A stretch of 64,000 nt of DNA. It comes from Citrobacter freundii. Its GTDB lineage: Bacteria; Bacteroidota; Bacteroidia; Chitinophagales; Chitinophagaceae. The notes beneath the pieces were generated by a model. It was given only the letters and a program-made list of their open reading frames with translations, made no database searches and was not told where the DNA came from. Numbering within the stretch: position 1 is the stretch's first letter; each line of letters starts with the position of its first letter. This document shows, in pieces, positions 28,812 through 37,482 of the stretch. The stretch is taken from assembly GCA_003243445.1 (NCBI GenBank), contig QFQQ01000018.1:24556-88555 (forward strand), given 5' to 3'. A program made the translations under genes and the position numbers.

Positions 28812-29969
28812 ATGGAAATTGTTTTTAACGAAATAGTAATTGTTTTTACACAGGTTTCGTTGCGGTTTGGAAAGATCAGAAAATGGCTGGGACAAGCGTA
28901 TAGAATTTTCACATTGAACCGGTCGGCAAGACTTCTTACCAACAGCGATTACCTGGATCAGGAAGTATTTTATTTCAATTATTTCAAAATTATTCCTTGT
29001 AAGCATTATATCGGTGGGATCGATATAGAGGAGGCTTTTAAGTTCATCAAAGAAAAATATGCCGGCGAAATTGTCAACGTTCATCAGTCTTCATCATTTA
29101 ATAAGCAAAAAGAAAGACATGAACTTGATAAGATCATAATAATTATGGATTCGCAGGTGATGGTGGCGCTGGACTACAGTTGGGCCGATATCTTCTTCCC
29201 ATCTAGGAAAGATAAATGGGCCGACCGGTTAGTCAGGGAACTCAATAACTATCGCTTACCGCCGAAAGAAGAGGATTTTGAGATGAGTATCATTTCCGGG
29301 AATGCGCGGGGATTGATATTAAAGAGTCTGCCGTTGAAACAAACGTCACTTGATCTGAATATGTTGTTCAACGATGATTTTATTGAAGTGAACAAGGTGA
29401 TCAAAGATCGCCTCGAGAAAACGGATGATAAGGGGATCGTTCTGTTGCATGGGCTTCCCGGAACCGGCAAAACAACTTATCTGCGTCACCTGGTCGGATC
29501 ATTGAAAAAGAAAGTGATGTTCGTTTCTCCTTCAATTGCAGAAGATCTGATGAGAGCGGATTTTATTGACCTGCTGATTGACAATCCGAATTCGATCCTG
29601 GTAATAGAAGATGCGGAGAATATTATCACAGACCGGCGTTATAATAGCCGTTCATCCGTATCAAGCCTGCTGAATATCAGCGACGGACTACTGAGTGATT
29701 GTCTGAATGTCCAGATCATCTGCACGTTCAATAATCCGATCAATCTCATAGATCCCGCGCTTTTGCGGAAAGGCAGATTGATAGCCCGGTATGAATTCGA
29801 TAAATTATCAGTAGAGAAAGCGCAGATACTCTCGGATCACCTGGGCTTTGATACAACGATCATGGAGCCGATGACTTTAGCAGAGGTAGCCCGGCAGAAC
29901 GAACGACCGGAACCGCTACGAAAAATAGAAGTAATTGGCTTTCGCAGACAGGAATCAATGATGAATTAA
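28812..29969 (+). CDS. AAA+ ATPase (classic AAA clade) with about 190-aa N-terminal domain of unknown function
   Basis: Walker A GLPGTGKT, Walker B ILVIEDAE, second region of homology DPALLRKGRL. The true start is uncertain; internal Met candidates exist. Confidence 0.7.
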   Translation: MEIVFNEIVIVFTQVSLRFGKIRKWLGQAYRIFTLNRSARLLTNSDYLDQEVFYFNYFKIIPCKHYIGGIDIEEAFKFIKEKYAGEIVNVHQSSSFNKQKERHELDKIIIIMDSQVMVALDYSWADIFFPSRKDKWADRLVRELNNYRLPPKEEDFEMSIISGNARGLILKSLPLKQTSLDLNMLFNDDFIEVNKVIKDRLEKTDDKGIVLLHGLPGTGKTTYLRHLVGSLKKKVMFVSPSIAEDLMRADFIDLLIDNPNSILVIEDAENIITDRRYNSRSSVSSLLNISDGLLSDCLNVQIICTFNNPINLIDPALLRKGRLIARYEFDKLSVEKAQILSDHLGFDTTIMEPMTLAEVARQNERPEPLRKIEVIGFRRQESMMN

Positions 29970-30073
29970 TCAAACCGTCAAAAAACAAAAATGAAAAAGA
30001 ATTGCATGTTCATAACAAATGAAACACGATTGATCCCGGACATCATACCGGGAAGTATTAAACGATCATTTTT

Positions 30074-30820
30074 ATGGACATCGAAACAGATAATTATCCG
30101 TTCCAGGATCCGGAGTATTTGCGGATCCAAACTAAAAGAACCAGGATCAGGAAAATAAAAGGGGCCGGGGAGAAGTACCTGATCGGCCTCGGGAAAAAGC
30201 GAAGACACTTATGGGAACTTCAACGCAAACTTGGATACGTTCCGTTAGATATCCCTTATCAGAGTGGCTGGAAGCGGAAATTCGAATTAAGGGATGATGT
30301 GGCGAAAAGTAAGCGCGCAGATTTTTTTCAGGAAATACTGGATCTGATCAACATAGTCGAAAAGAGTCCGAGAAAGGATTTTAAAAAGAAGACCCGAAGA
30401 TTTGGGAAAAGAATTTACAAACCCAGAGAACAGTATTTGAAGAAACTCGAGCCGGAAGTTTGGATTAAACTTAGCGATAAAAAGAAAGATCTTTTTTATC
30501 CCGGTTGGTTTACTGATTTATCAGGAAAGCTTGTGCTCTTGTATGTGTTTGCAGAACCCTGGCGTTTTGTATTAAGAGTCAGACCTAATATGATCACGCA
30601 TACAAAGAAGCTCGATAGTGAACTGGAAAGTGAATCAGACCGGTTAGAACAGTATATCGAAAGGAATTTTCTCGGGCCGGCAATGGATAGGAGTCGTGGG
30701 AAAAGATATTACCGGTGGAAGATGGCAAGCGTTGAACAACGCTGTCATTACAAAAAGACGACCGCTCAATATCTGGAAGACTTAAAGACTGAAACCGGGC
30801 CGTTTTTAGAACAAAATTAA
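30074..30820 (+). CDS. Highly basic (K/R-rich) hypothetical protein, 248 aa
   Basis: Clean ORF directly downstream of the AAA ATPase. No recognisable domain. Confidence 0.5.
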   Translation: MDIETDNYPFQDPEYLRIQTKRTRIRKIKGAGEKYLIGLGKKRRHLWELQRKLGYVPLDIPYQSGWKRKFELRDDVAKSKRADFFQEILDLINIVEKSPRKDFKKKTRRFGKRIYKPREQYLKKLEPEVWIKLSDKKKDLFYPGWFTDLSGKLVLLYVFAEPWRFVLRVRPNMITHTKKLDSELESESDRLEQYIERNFLGPAMDRSRGKRYYRWKMASVEQRCHYKKTTAQYLEDLKTETGPFLEQN

Positions 30821-30974
30821 ATAACGGGCTTTCGCCCATAAAAAGCTTGCCGGAAGGCAAGACAGGTATCGGGCTTATCCTGCAACCCGGATGTGTGCCT
30901 CAAAGAAGCACCATAGTACAGCCGTAGTAACGTCCTGTATGCTGTTGTAAAAATAAGCATGCCTGATCTTTCTG

Positions 30975-31070
30975 TGTGTTGAAGGTTCGAATCCTTCTCA
31001 GCTTTTTGCTGATAGTTCAAGGGTAGAGCAACAGAAATTGTCCGCGGGTTCGAATCCCGCTCCCATAACA
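30975..31070 (+). other. Two orphan tRNA-derived T-arm remnants (GAAGG-TTCGAAT-CCTTC and GCGGG-TTCGAAT-CCCGC, the second preceded by a D-arm-like TAGTTCAAGGGTAGAGC) with no complete tRNA
   Basis: Canonical G53-T54-T55-C56-R57-A58-A59-T60-C61 T-loops but no acceptor pairing or anticodon arm. The 14-nt stretch GGTTCGAATCCCGC is identical to the His-like tRNA 3' half at 27985-27998. Confidence 0.45.
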
Positions 31071-31191
31071 ATGGGATTGCGGAGTGGTCAAACGCAAAGC
31101 ACTAAGGATGCTTCGACGATTCAGATGGGAGGGCGCCGGCTCCCGGATACCGGCGCACACTGTGGCTGATGTGGCAGGCCCTGCAAATTCG

Positions 31192-31267
31192 CGGACTCCG
31201 ATCCGGGTACTTGTCCCGGACTCTGATCCGGGTATTTATCCCGGACTTTGATCCGGGATAGGCAATC
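31192..31267. repeat. Three tandem 25-bp repeats, each a hairpin CCCGGA-CTYYGA-TCCGGG
   Basis: CGGACTCCGATCCGGGTACTTGTCC / CGGACTCTGATCCGGGTATTTATCC / CGGACTTTGATCCGGGATAGGCAATC. Confidence 0.6.
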
Positions 31268-31450
31268 AGGAATGCACCAGCAGTTTGTTGTAGAAAATAA
31301 ACGAAAACCATTGACGCGATGATGAAACATCAAACATTGATGACTCATCTGAGAAGATCTGCTGATCGTTTATTTGAAAATGAATTCCGTGCAAACATGA
31401 TGGGCATGCAACACCAGTCACTTTTTTATTAAACCGAAAAAACAAGAGAT

Positions 31451-32551
31451 ATGAGAAATGTAAAAATCAATGCGTACCAGGTTGGACTTGTTTTCAAGAA
31501 CGGCGAATACAAAAGAATGCTGTTGACCGGTAATTACTGGTTCTGGGGAATGGAAATTGTGAGGGTGTATGACATCACACAACCTTTTAAACCTTCTATT
31601 GAGCTGGATATTCTCTTGCAGGATAAAGCGCTGGCAGATATTCTTACTGTGGTCGATGTGAAGGATAATGAGATCGTGTTGAAATACCAGAATGGATTGC
31701 TGAAGGAAGTTCTTACTACCGGGCGTTATGCCTTCTGGAAAAATATCATCCCTTATGAATTTGTAAGGGCTGATATCGGTAAGATCGACATTCCTGAATA
31801 TATTGACAGGACTGTACTGGTCACTAAGCAGGTGTTTCCTTTCGTGAGAACCATCACCGTTGAAAATCATGAAAACGCGCTGTTGTTCGTGGAAGGGAAG
31901 TTTGTAAAGACGCTTGAAAGTGGCGTATATTACTGGTGGAAGAATGCGATCCCTGTGAACATTGTGCGTGTAGATAAAAGGCAGCAGCAGATGGAGATCA
32001 ACGGGCAGGAGATCCTTACAAAGGACAAAGCCGCTTTGCGATTGAACGCCTGGGCGCAGTACAGGGTGACCGATATTCATAAGGCAGTGCTGGATAACAA
32101 GGAATACGATCAGCAGTTGTATGTATCATTCCAGTTATCCATCAGGGAATATGTCGCCGGCTTCACGTTGGATGAGTTGCTGGAGAAAAAGGATAGCATC
32201 GCCGCGTTTGTATTGGACCAGGTAAGGCTGAAAGCCGAAGATCTTGGCGTAACAGTTGCCGGTTTTGGTATCAGGGATATTATCCTTCCTGGCAATGTAA
32301 AAGATATCATGAACCAGGTATTGGTCGCGGAAAAAAAGGCGCAGGCCAATTCTATCATGCGTAGGGAAGAGACCGCCAGCACCAGAAGCTTGCTGAACAC
32401 AGCCAAATTGATGGAAGACAATAACATGTTGTGGAAACTGAAGGAAATGGAATACGTTGAAAAGATCGCTGAAAAAATAGACAAGATCAGCGTAAATGGA
32501 AACGGGTTGCTGATCGAACAGTTGAAGCAGATGTTCGTAACACCTAAATAA
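31451..32551 (+). CDS. SPFH/Band-7 (stomatin/prohibitin-like) domain protein with triplicated N-terminal module
   Basis: C-terminal SPFH motifs (ILTKDKAALRLNAWAQYRV, AVAGFGIRDIILPG). The N-terminus has three about 70-aa repeats, each carrying TGxYxFWxxxIP...VRxD. Confidence 0.7.
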   Translation: MRNVKINAYQVGLVFKNGEYKRMLLTGNYWFWGMEIVRVYDITQPFKPSIELDILLQDKALADILTVVDVKDNEIVLKYQNGLLKEVLTTGRYAFWKNIIPYEFVRADIGKIDIPEYIDRTVLVTKQVFPFVRTITVENHENALLFVEGKFVKTLESGVYYWWKNAIPVNIVRVDKRQQQMEINGQEILTKDKAALRLNAWAQYRVTDIHKAVLDNKEYDQQLYVSFQLSIREYVAGFTLDELLEKKDSIAAFVLDQVRLKAEDLGVTVAGFGIRDIILPGNVKDIMNQVLVAEKKAQANSIMRREETASTRSLLNTAKLMEDNNMLWKLKEMEYVEKIAEKIDKISVNGNGLLIEQLKQMFVTPK

Positions 32552-32651
32552 GCGATGGTGATCTGTTGTTCGTTGCCTGTTTGAGTTTGTTTTTGTATAA
32601 AAAACGATCATCGGCAACGGACAACCTTTATGACCATCAGCATAAAAACCA

Positions 32652-33416
32652 ATGGCAATGGACCAGATATTACAGGCGCTCGGAGAAATAGAACGCCTGA
32701 AACAAATAAAAATAGTATATGCATGCGAAACGGGTAGCCGCGCATGGGGATTCCCATCACCGGATAGTGATTATGATATACGGTTTATATACAAATATGA
32801 TAAGGACTGGTATTTGCAGCTGGGTCAGCGAAAAGATACAGTGGAGATCATGAGCGGTGAACTCGATATAACAGGATGGGATCTCAGGAAAAGCCTCATG
32901 CTGTTGAAGAAATCGAACACTGCATTGATAGAGCGGTTTCAATCGCCCATACTGTATCGAAACCTGAGAGGTTTCAGAAACGATTTTTCTGCATTGATAC
33001 GGGAATATTACTCAGCAAGAGCTGTTTATTTTCATCATTATTTTCTTGCAATCAAGTTTTGGGAAGAAATGAAGGATCAGCAGCAGTTCAAACTGAAAAA
33101 TTATTTCTACCTGCTGCGTTCCTTGCTTTCATGCAATTGGATCATGAACGATGGATCTGTTCCGCCGATGCATATAGAAGGATTGATGCAATACATAGGT
33201 GATGAAGATCGCGGAATGATCAGGGAACTGATACGACTGAAAGCGGATAAAAACGAATCGTATGTACATGACAGCACTAAAGATCAGCGCCGGTTGATAA
33301 CCCATCTGTTAAAAACAACGGAAAACAAAGGCGAAAGCCTGCCGGTATGCCGGGAGGATTTCAGTAAACTGAATAGTTTTTTCATAAAACAGCTTGATGC
33401 AACTGACGATAAATGA
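32652..33416 (+). CDS. Polymerase-beta-type nucleotidyltransferase, RtcB-associated type
   Basis: GSRAWGFPSPDSDYDIRFIY, the GS...DxD NTase signature. Confidence 0.65.
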   Translation: MAMDQILQALGEIERLKQIKIVYACETGSRAWGFPSPDSDYDIRFIYKYDKDWYLQLGQRKDTVEIMSGELDITGWDLRKSLMLLKKSNTALIERFQSPILYRNLRGFRNDFSALIREYYSARAVYFHHYFLAIKFWEEMKDQQQFKLKNYFYLLRSLLSCNWIMNDGSVPPMHIEGLMQYIGDEDRGMIRELIRLKADKNESYVHDSTKDQRRLITHLLKTTENKGESLPVCREDFSKLNSFFIKQLDATDDK

Positions 33417-34455
33417 TATAAAACAAAATGACTGGCTGATCTTTGAAGCGATCACCGGAAGCCGGTCTTATGGATTGGATACCGCCGGTTCTGATACCGA
33501 TATAAGAGGCGTGTTTGTTTTGCCCAGGGATCTTTTTTATTCACTGGATTATACTCCGCAGGTCTCGAATGAAACAAATGATATCGTGTATTATGAATTG
33601 GGCCGTTTTATCGAATTATTGACAAAAAACAATCCAAACATTCTTGAGCTGCTTGCAATCGATGACAGGTTTGTATTGCAAAAGCATGCAGCAATGGATA
33701 GGATCAGACCTGAATGGGTATTGTCAAAACAATGTGAACAGACATTTGCCAATTATGCATTCACACAGATAAAAAAAGCGCACGGGCTGGAAAAGAAAAT
33801 TCTCAATCCAATGGATGGCGACCGAAAGTCTGTACTTGATTTTTGTTATGTATATCATGACGGGCGCTCAATACCGGCAAATGATTTTCTTGCAGCCCGG
33901 GGATGGGCGCAGGAACAAATGGGGCTTGCGGCCATTGCGCATCTCAGGGATTGTTTTAACCTGTTTCATTCTTCCCGTGGTCTGTACCAGGGAATTGTGA
34001 GAAAAGATCAATCCAATGAAGTATGTGTGAGCAGTATTCCGGCCGGAGAAAAGCCCGTGGCCTTGCTCAGCTTTAACAGGGACGGCTATTCTGTTCATTG
34101 TAAAAAATACAATGAATACCAGGAGTGGCTGGTCAAACGGAATGAAACCCGTTATGCAAATACAATGGAGCATGGCAAGAAATATGATGCAAAGAATATG
34201 ATGCATGTATTCAGGCTGTTATTCATGGCGCGGGAGATCGCTTTGGAAAAAAAGATCAATGTGTTCCGGGAAGACAGGGAATTCCTTTTGTCTGTAAAAT
34301 CCGGAAAATTTGAATATGAAGAGTTGATCATAAAAGCAGAGGAGTTAAAAGCAGATCTGCCTGCGCTTTATCAGCGGTCTGGTTTACCTGATTCGCCGGA
34401 TAAGGAACAGTTGAACCGTGTCCTGATCGGATTAAGAGAATTATTTTACCATTAA
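33394..34455 (+). CDS. Polymerase-beta-type nucleotidyltransferase, paralog 2
   Basis: GSRSYGLDTAGSDTDIRGVF. Confidence 0.65.
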   Translation: MMQLTINDIKQNDWLIFEAITGSRSYGLDTAGSDTDIRGVFVLPRDLFYSLDYTPQVSNETNDIVYYELGRFIELLTKNNPNILELLAIDDRFVLQKHAAMDRIRPEWVLSKQCEQTFANYAFTQIKKAHGLEKKILNPMDGDRKSVLDFCYVYHDGRSIPANDFLAARGWAQEQMGLAAIAHLRDCFNLFHSSRGLYQGIVRKDQSNEVCVSSIPAGEKPVALLSFNRDGYSVHCKKYNEYQEWLVKRNETRYANTMEHGKKYDAKNMMHVFRLLFMAREIALEKKINVFREDREFLLSVKSGKFEYEELIIKAEELKADLPALYQRSGLPDSPDKEQLNRVLIGLRELFYH

Positions 34456-34464
34456 ACCAAAGAG

Positions 34465-35919
34465 ATGGGAAAGTTAAAAATTGAAGGAAAAGAATTGAGA
34501 GCTATTGGTTACCCCGAAGGGCCGGTGATCAGCATAGCGATGAAAGTGATGGAGAAAAATTTCAAACATCACAAAAAGGAGGATGCAATGGAAATTTTAA
34601 AAAGCGTGCTTGCCGCGCCGGTTGAATATAAAAATGACGCAGTACTGGCTTTGATTGCAGAACAATTGATCCCAAAAGAAATTGTGGAAGGTGCGGAGAT
34701 TTCCCTGAACCAGACGGGGATCCAGTTCAATGTATTCGGAGCCGAGCATATTGAGCAGGGCGCAATGCACCAGATGTATACCGCGGCTAAACTCCCGGTT
34801 GCTGTTGCCGGCGCATTGATGCCGGACGCGCATTCGGGTTATGGGCTGCCTATCGGTGGTGTGCTGGCGACCGAAAATGCCGTTATCCCTTATGGCGTCG
34901 GCGTGGATATCGGTTGCCGGATGTGCCTGAGTATTTTTGATATTGATCCGAAAGAGCTTGTGCAGCGTGAAGCTTTTTATACAAGGGAAATCCATGAAGC
35001 CACGCTTTTCGGAAGTGGTGCACAGTTCAGACAGGCGGAAGATCACGAAGTGATGGATGATCCTGCGTTCTCTCAACTGCCGATCTTAAAAAATCTTCAC
35101 GGCCGTGCATGGAAACAATTGGGTTCTTCCGGTTCGGGAAACCATTTTGTGGAATTTGGCGTGGTGGAGATCACGGAGAAAGATGAAGTGTTGGGCGTCG
35201 AAGCCGGTTCTTATCTCGGACTGTTATCGCATTCCGGATCGAGAGCACTTGGTGCAAACATCGCCAATCACTATACCAGGATCGCGAAGCAAAAGCGGCG
35301 TTTACCGGGTGAGGCGAATAATCTTGCATGGCTTGGCCTGGATGAACAGGAAGGGATCGAGTATTGGATCGCCATGAATCTTGCCGGTGATTATGCCTCT
35401 GCTTGTCATCACGTGATCCATGAAAAGATCGCCAGACAACTGGGAAGAAAACCGCTGAAGCGTGTGGAAAACCACCACAACTTTGCATGGAAAGAACAGT
35501 GGGAGGGAAAAGAGGTGATCGTTCACCGGAAAGGAGCAACTCCTGCAGGAAATAACGTTCTCGGTATTATACCGGGCTCTATGACTGCTGATGGTTTTAT
35601 TGTGAAAGGAAAAGGGGAGATGGCAGCCGTCAACTCCGCTTCACACGGAGCGGGAAGGCTGATGAGCCGGACAAGGGCCATTCAGTCTATTACAGAGTCG
35701 GCATTAAAAGAAGAACTGGCAAAGCATGGTGTAAAACTGCTTGGCGGTGGTTTGGATGAAGCGCCGTTTGCTTACAAGGATATTCACCGGGTAATGCAAT
35801 CACAACAGCACCTTGTGGATGTTGTCGGAAAGTTCACGCCGAAGATTGTAAAAATGGACGGCACTGCGCCAAAACCATGGAAAAAAACAAAACAGCAGGC
35901 TGAAATAAATGGGGAGTAA
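34465..35919 (+). CDS. rtcB: RtcB RNA-splicing ligase
   Basis: SGSGNHF, ASHGAGR and HHNFAW metal and GMP-histidine motifs. Confidence 0.85.
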   Translation: MGKLKIEGKELRAIGYPEGPVISIAMKVMEKNFKHHKKEDAMEILKSVLAAPVEYKNDAVLALIAEQLIPKEIVEGAEISLNQTGIQFNVFGAEHIEQGAMHQMYTAAKLPVAVAGALMPDAHSGYGLPIGGVLATENAVIPYGVGVDIGCRMCLSIFDIDPKELVQREAFYTREIHEATLFGSGAQFRQAEDHEVMDDPAFSQLPILKNLHGRAWKQLGSSGSGNHFVEFGVVEITEKDEVLGVEAGSYLGLLSHSGSRALGANIANHYTRIAKQKRRLPGEANNLAWLGLDEQEGIEYWIAMNLAGDYASACHHVIHEKIARQLGRKPLKRVENHHNFAWKEQWEGKEVIVHRKGATPAGNNVLGIIPGSMTADGFIVKGKGEMAAVNSASHGAGRLMSRTRAIQSITESALKEELAKHGVKLLGGGLDEAPFAYKDIHRVMQSQQHLVDVVGKFTPKIVKMDGTAPKPWKKTKQQAEINGE

Positions 35920-35958
35920 TGCTCCCCATTTTTATTGGAATTTCATATAACTGATAAC

Positions 35959-35990
35959 GGGATGTTCGATGCGCGATGGTCGATGTTCGA
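35959..35990. repeat. Repeat family Y, copy 2
   Basis: GGATGTTCGATGCGCGATGGTCGATGTTCGAT lies just after the rtcB stop. Confidence 0.4.
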
Positions 35991-36025
35991 TTTTCAAATC
36001 TGATAATTATCTTAAACGCCGCACT

Positions 36026-36105
36026 TATTCTTCTTACCGTTCTTACCGTCTTACCGGTTTATTGTTACCGGTAAGACGGTAAGTATAGTAAGAATAGTAA
36101 AGAAA
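36026..36105. repeat. Dispersed palindromic repeat family X, copy 2
   Basis: Triple CTTACCG units and a perfect 17-bp IR CTTACCGTCTTACCGGT / ACCGGTAAGACGGTAAG. Confidence 0.55.
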
Positions 36106-36145
36106 GGTGAATCCTTCGCTAAGCATCATTGAATGCTGTAAGCAC

Positions 36146-36475
36146 TCATTCAACGAAGTCAGCTTCATGTTCAATCACCTCGTCCGGAAACGACTGGTGT
36201 TTTTCTCTATGCCGGCGGTACAAAAAATGAACAGCTTTAAAAAATGCGATGCTGTAATCATAAAAGAACAACATGTTGCTGCGTTCTTTTCCATCAACAT
36301 CTTCTGTTTCAAGTTTCATAGCAGCGGATAGCATGAACCAGAGCGTTTCCTGCGGTCCATCTTCATCAAATGTTTCAAAAAATTCATGCAGGATCTTCCA
36401 GGCATATTTCTTTTCTTGCGTTGCCTGAAGATTCTTATAATAAGTAAGTAATGGCAATCCTTCCAGGGTATTCAT
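36146..36475 (-). CDS. Hypothetical small acidic protein (109 aa)
   Basis: ORF only. Confidence 0.35.
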   Translation of the reverse strand: MNTLEGLPLLTYYKNLQATQEKKYAWKILHEFFETFDEDGPQETLWFMLSAAMKLETEDVDGKERSNMLFFYDYSIAFFKAVHFLYRRHREKHQSFPDEVIEHEADFVE

Positions 36476-36894
36476 ATAAACAGGTTTTGCAGATGAATAA
36501 AGTGTTTGATAAAATGATTATGACAGATCTTATCAACCACTATCCCATATCACCGGGCCTGGAACTACTGGCTGAACTGTGAACAGTCCGGCCGATTGCT
36601 TCCCACAAAAAGATCTCTTCTGTGAGAAATAAGTCTCCCTAAACATAGACTAAACACTAAGGTTTCGGGACAATCCATACGCAATGTTTGATGTTCTCGG
36701 TAAATCCGCCTTCAAAAATGTTTTTTCCGGTCCCAATAGCTGTATAAAAGGCGGACAAAATGAGGAAAACAACGCGGTCTTCCTGTCAGTGTGAAATAGC
36801 TTGCAACGTATAGACAACAGCTGCAAATTATGATTCTTCATCTGCAGCAGGAATTTAGTTGTCCTGTTTTTTCAACGCAAAATGACGTTTTTTT

Positions 36895-37254
36895 ATGAGG
36901 ATCATCGACAGGTTGGCCGCCTATCTGGCTTTCAAAGAAATTACGGCTTATTCATTCGAGCGCACGGTGGATGTAGCCAATGGTTATCTCAAAAAACAAT
37001 TGAAGGGGAGAGGCTCTATCGGCTCCGATATATTACAGCGGATCTATGAGTGTTATCCCGATCTTGATTTTATCTGGTTACTCACTGGTAACGGGGAAAT
37101 GCTGCACGATGATCTGGAAGTAGTGGTTCCGCATTTTTCAAAAGACGAAATGATCTCCGTGTTGAACGCAAGGATCACAACACTTGAAACGGCATTGGCA
37201 GATAAAGAGAAAATTATCGCGCTTCTTGAGAGCGGAGAAGATTCTGTCTTGTAA
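36895..37254 (+). CDS. Hypothetical small protein (119 aa)
   Basis: ORF only. Confidence 0.4.
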   Translation: MRIIDRLAAYLAFKEITAYSFERTVDVANGYLKKQLKGRGSIGSDILQRIYECYPDLDFIWLLTGNGEMLHDDLEVVVPHFSKDEMISVLNARITTLETALADKEKIIALLESGEDSVL

Positions 37255-37295
37255 ACCGGCTCCTTTCCGTTGCCTGCTGCAGTTGTAGTTGCTTG

Positions 37296-37370
37296 CCGTT
37301 CTTCCGCCTTCGGTTAAAATTTTACCGGGGAGACGGTAAGAACGATGAGAAGGTATAGGGAAAGTAATGC
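37296..37370. repeat. Dispersed palindromic repeat family X, copy 3
   Basis: CCGTTCTTCCGCCTTCGG...TACCGGGGAGACGGTAAGAACG...AGAAGGTATAGGGAAAGTAA. Confidence 0.5.
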
Positions 37371-37482
37371 TGGTTGAGTTGATCAAAAAACGGGTTAATC
37401 TGTAAGTTACTATAATTAAAATAGCATTGCAGGATAACCCGTCTGATGATCGCGATTGATATGAATTGCCTGTTGAAAATTG

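Noticed and set aside
31192-31267. Possible mini-CRISPR array
   Set aside because: The three 25-bp units are directly abutting with no spacers, and no cas genes lie nearby. They are tandem hairpin repeats, not CRISPR.
30975-31440. tmRNA (ssrA), including a permuted two-piece form, suggested by two T-arm-like hairpins
   Set aside because: No GGGG 5' acceptor, no tag reading frame ending in ...ALAA-stop on either strand, and no CCA-proximal acceptor pairing was found. The TCCCAT/ATGGGA pairing is a simple tetraloop hairpin.
31418-32080. 220-aa minus-strand ORF
   Set aside because: It is antisense to the SPFH gene, which has clear family motifs.
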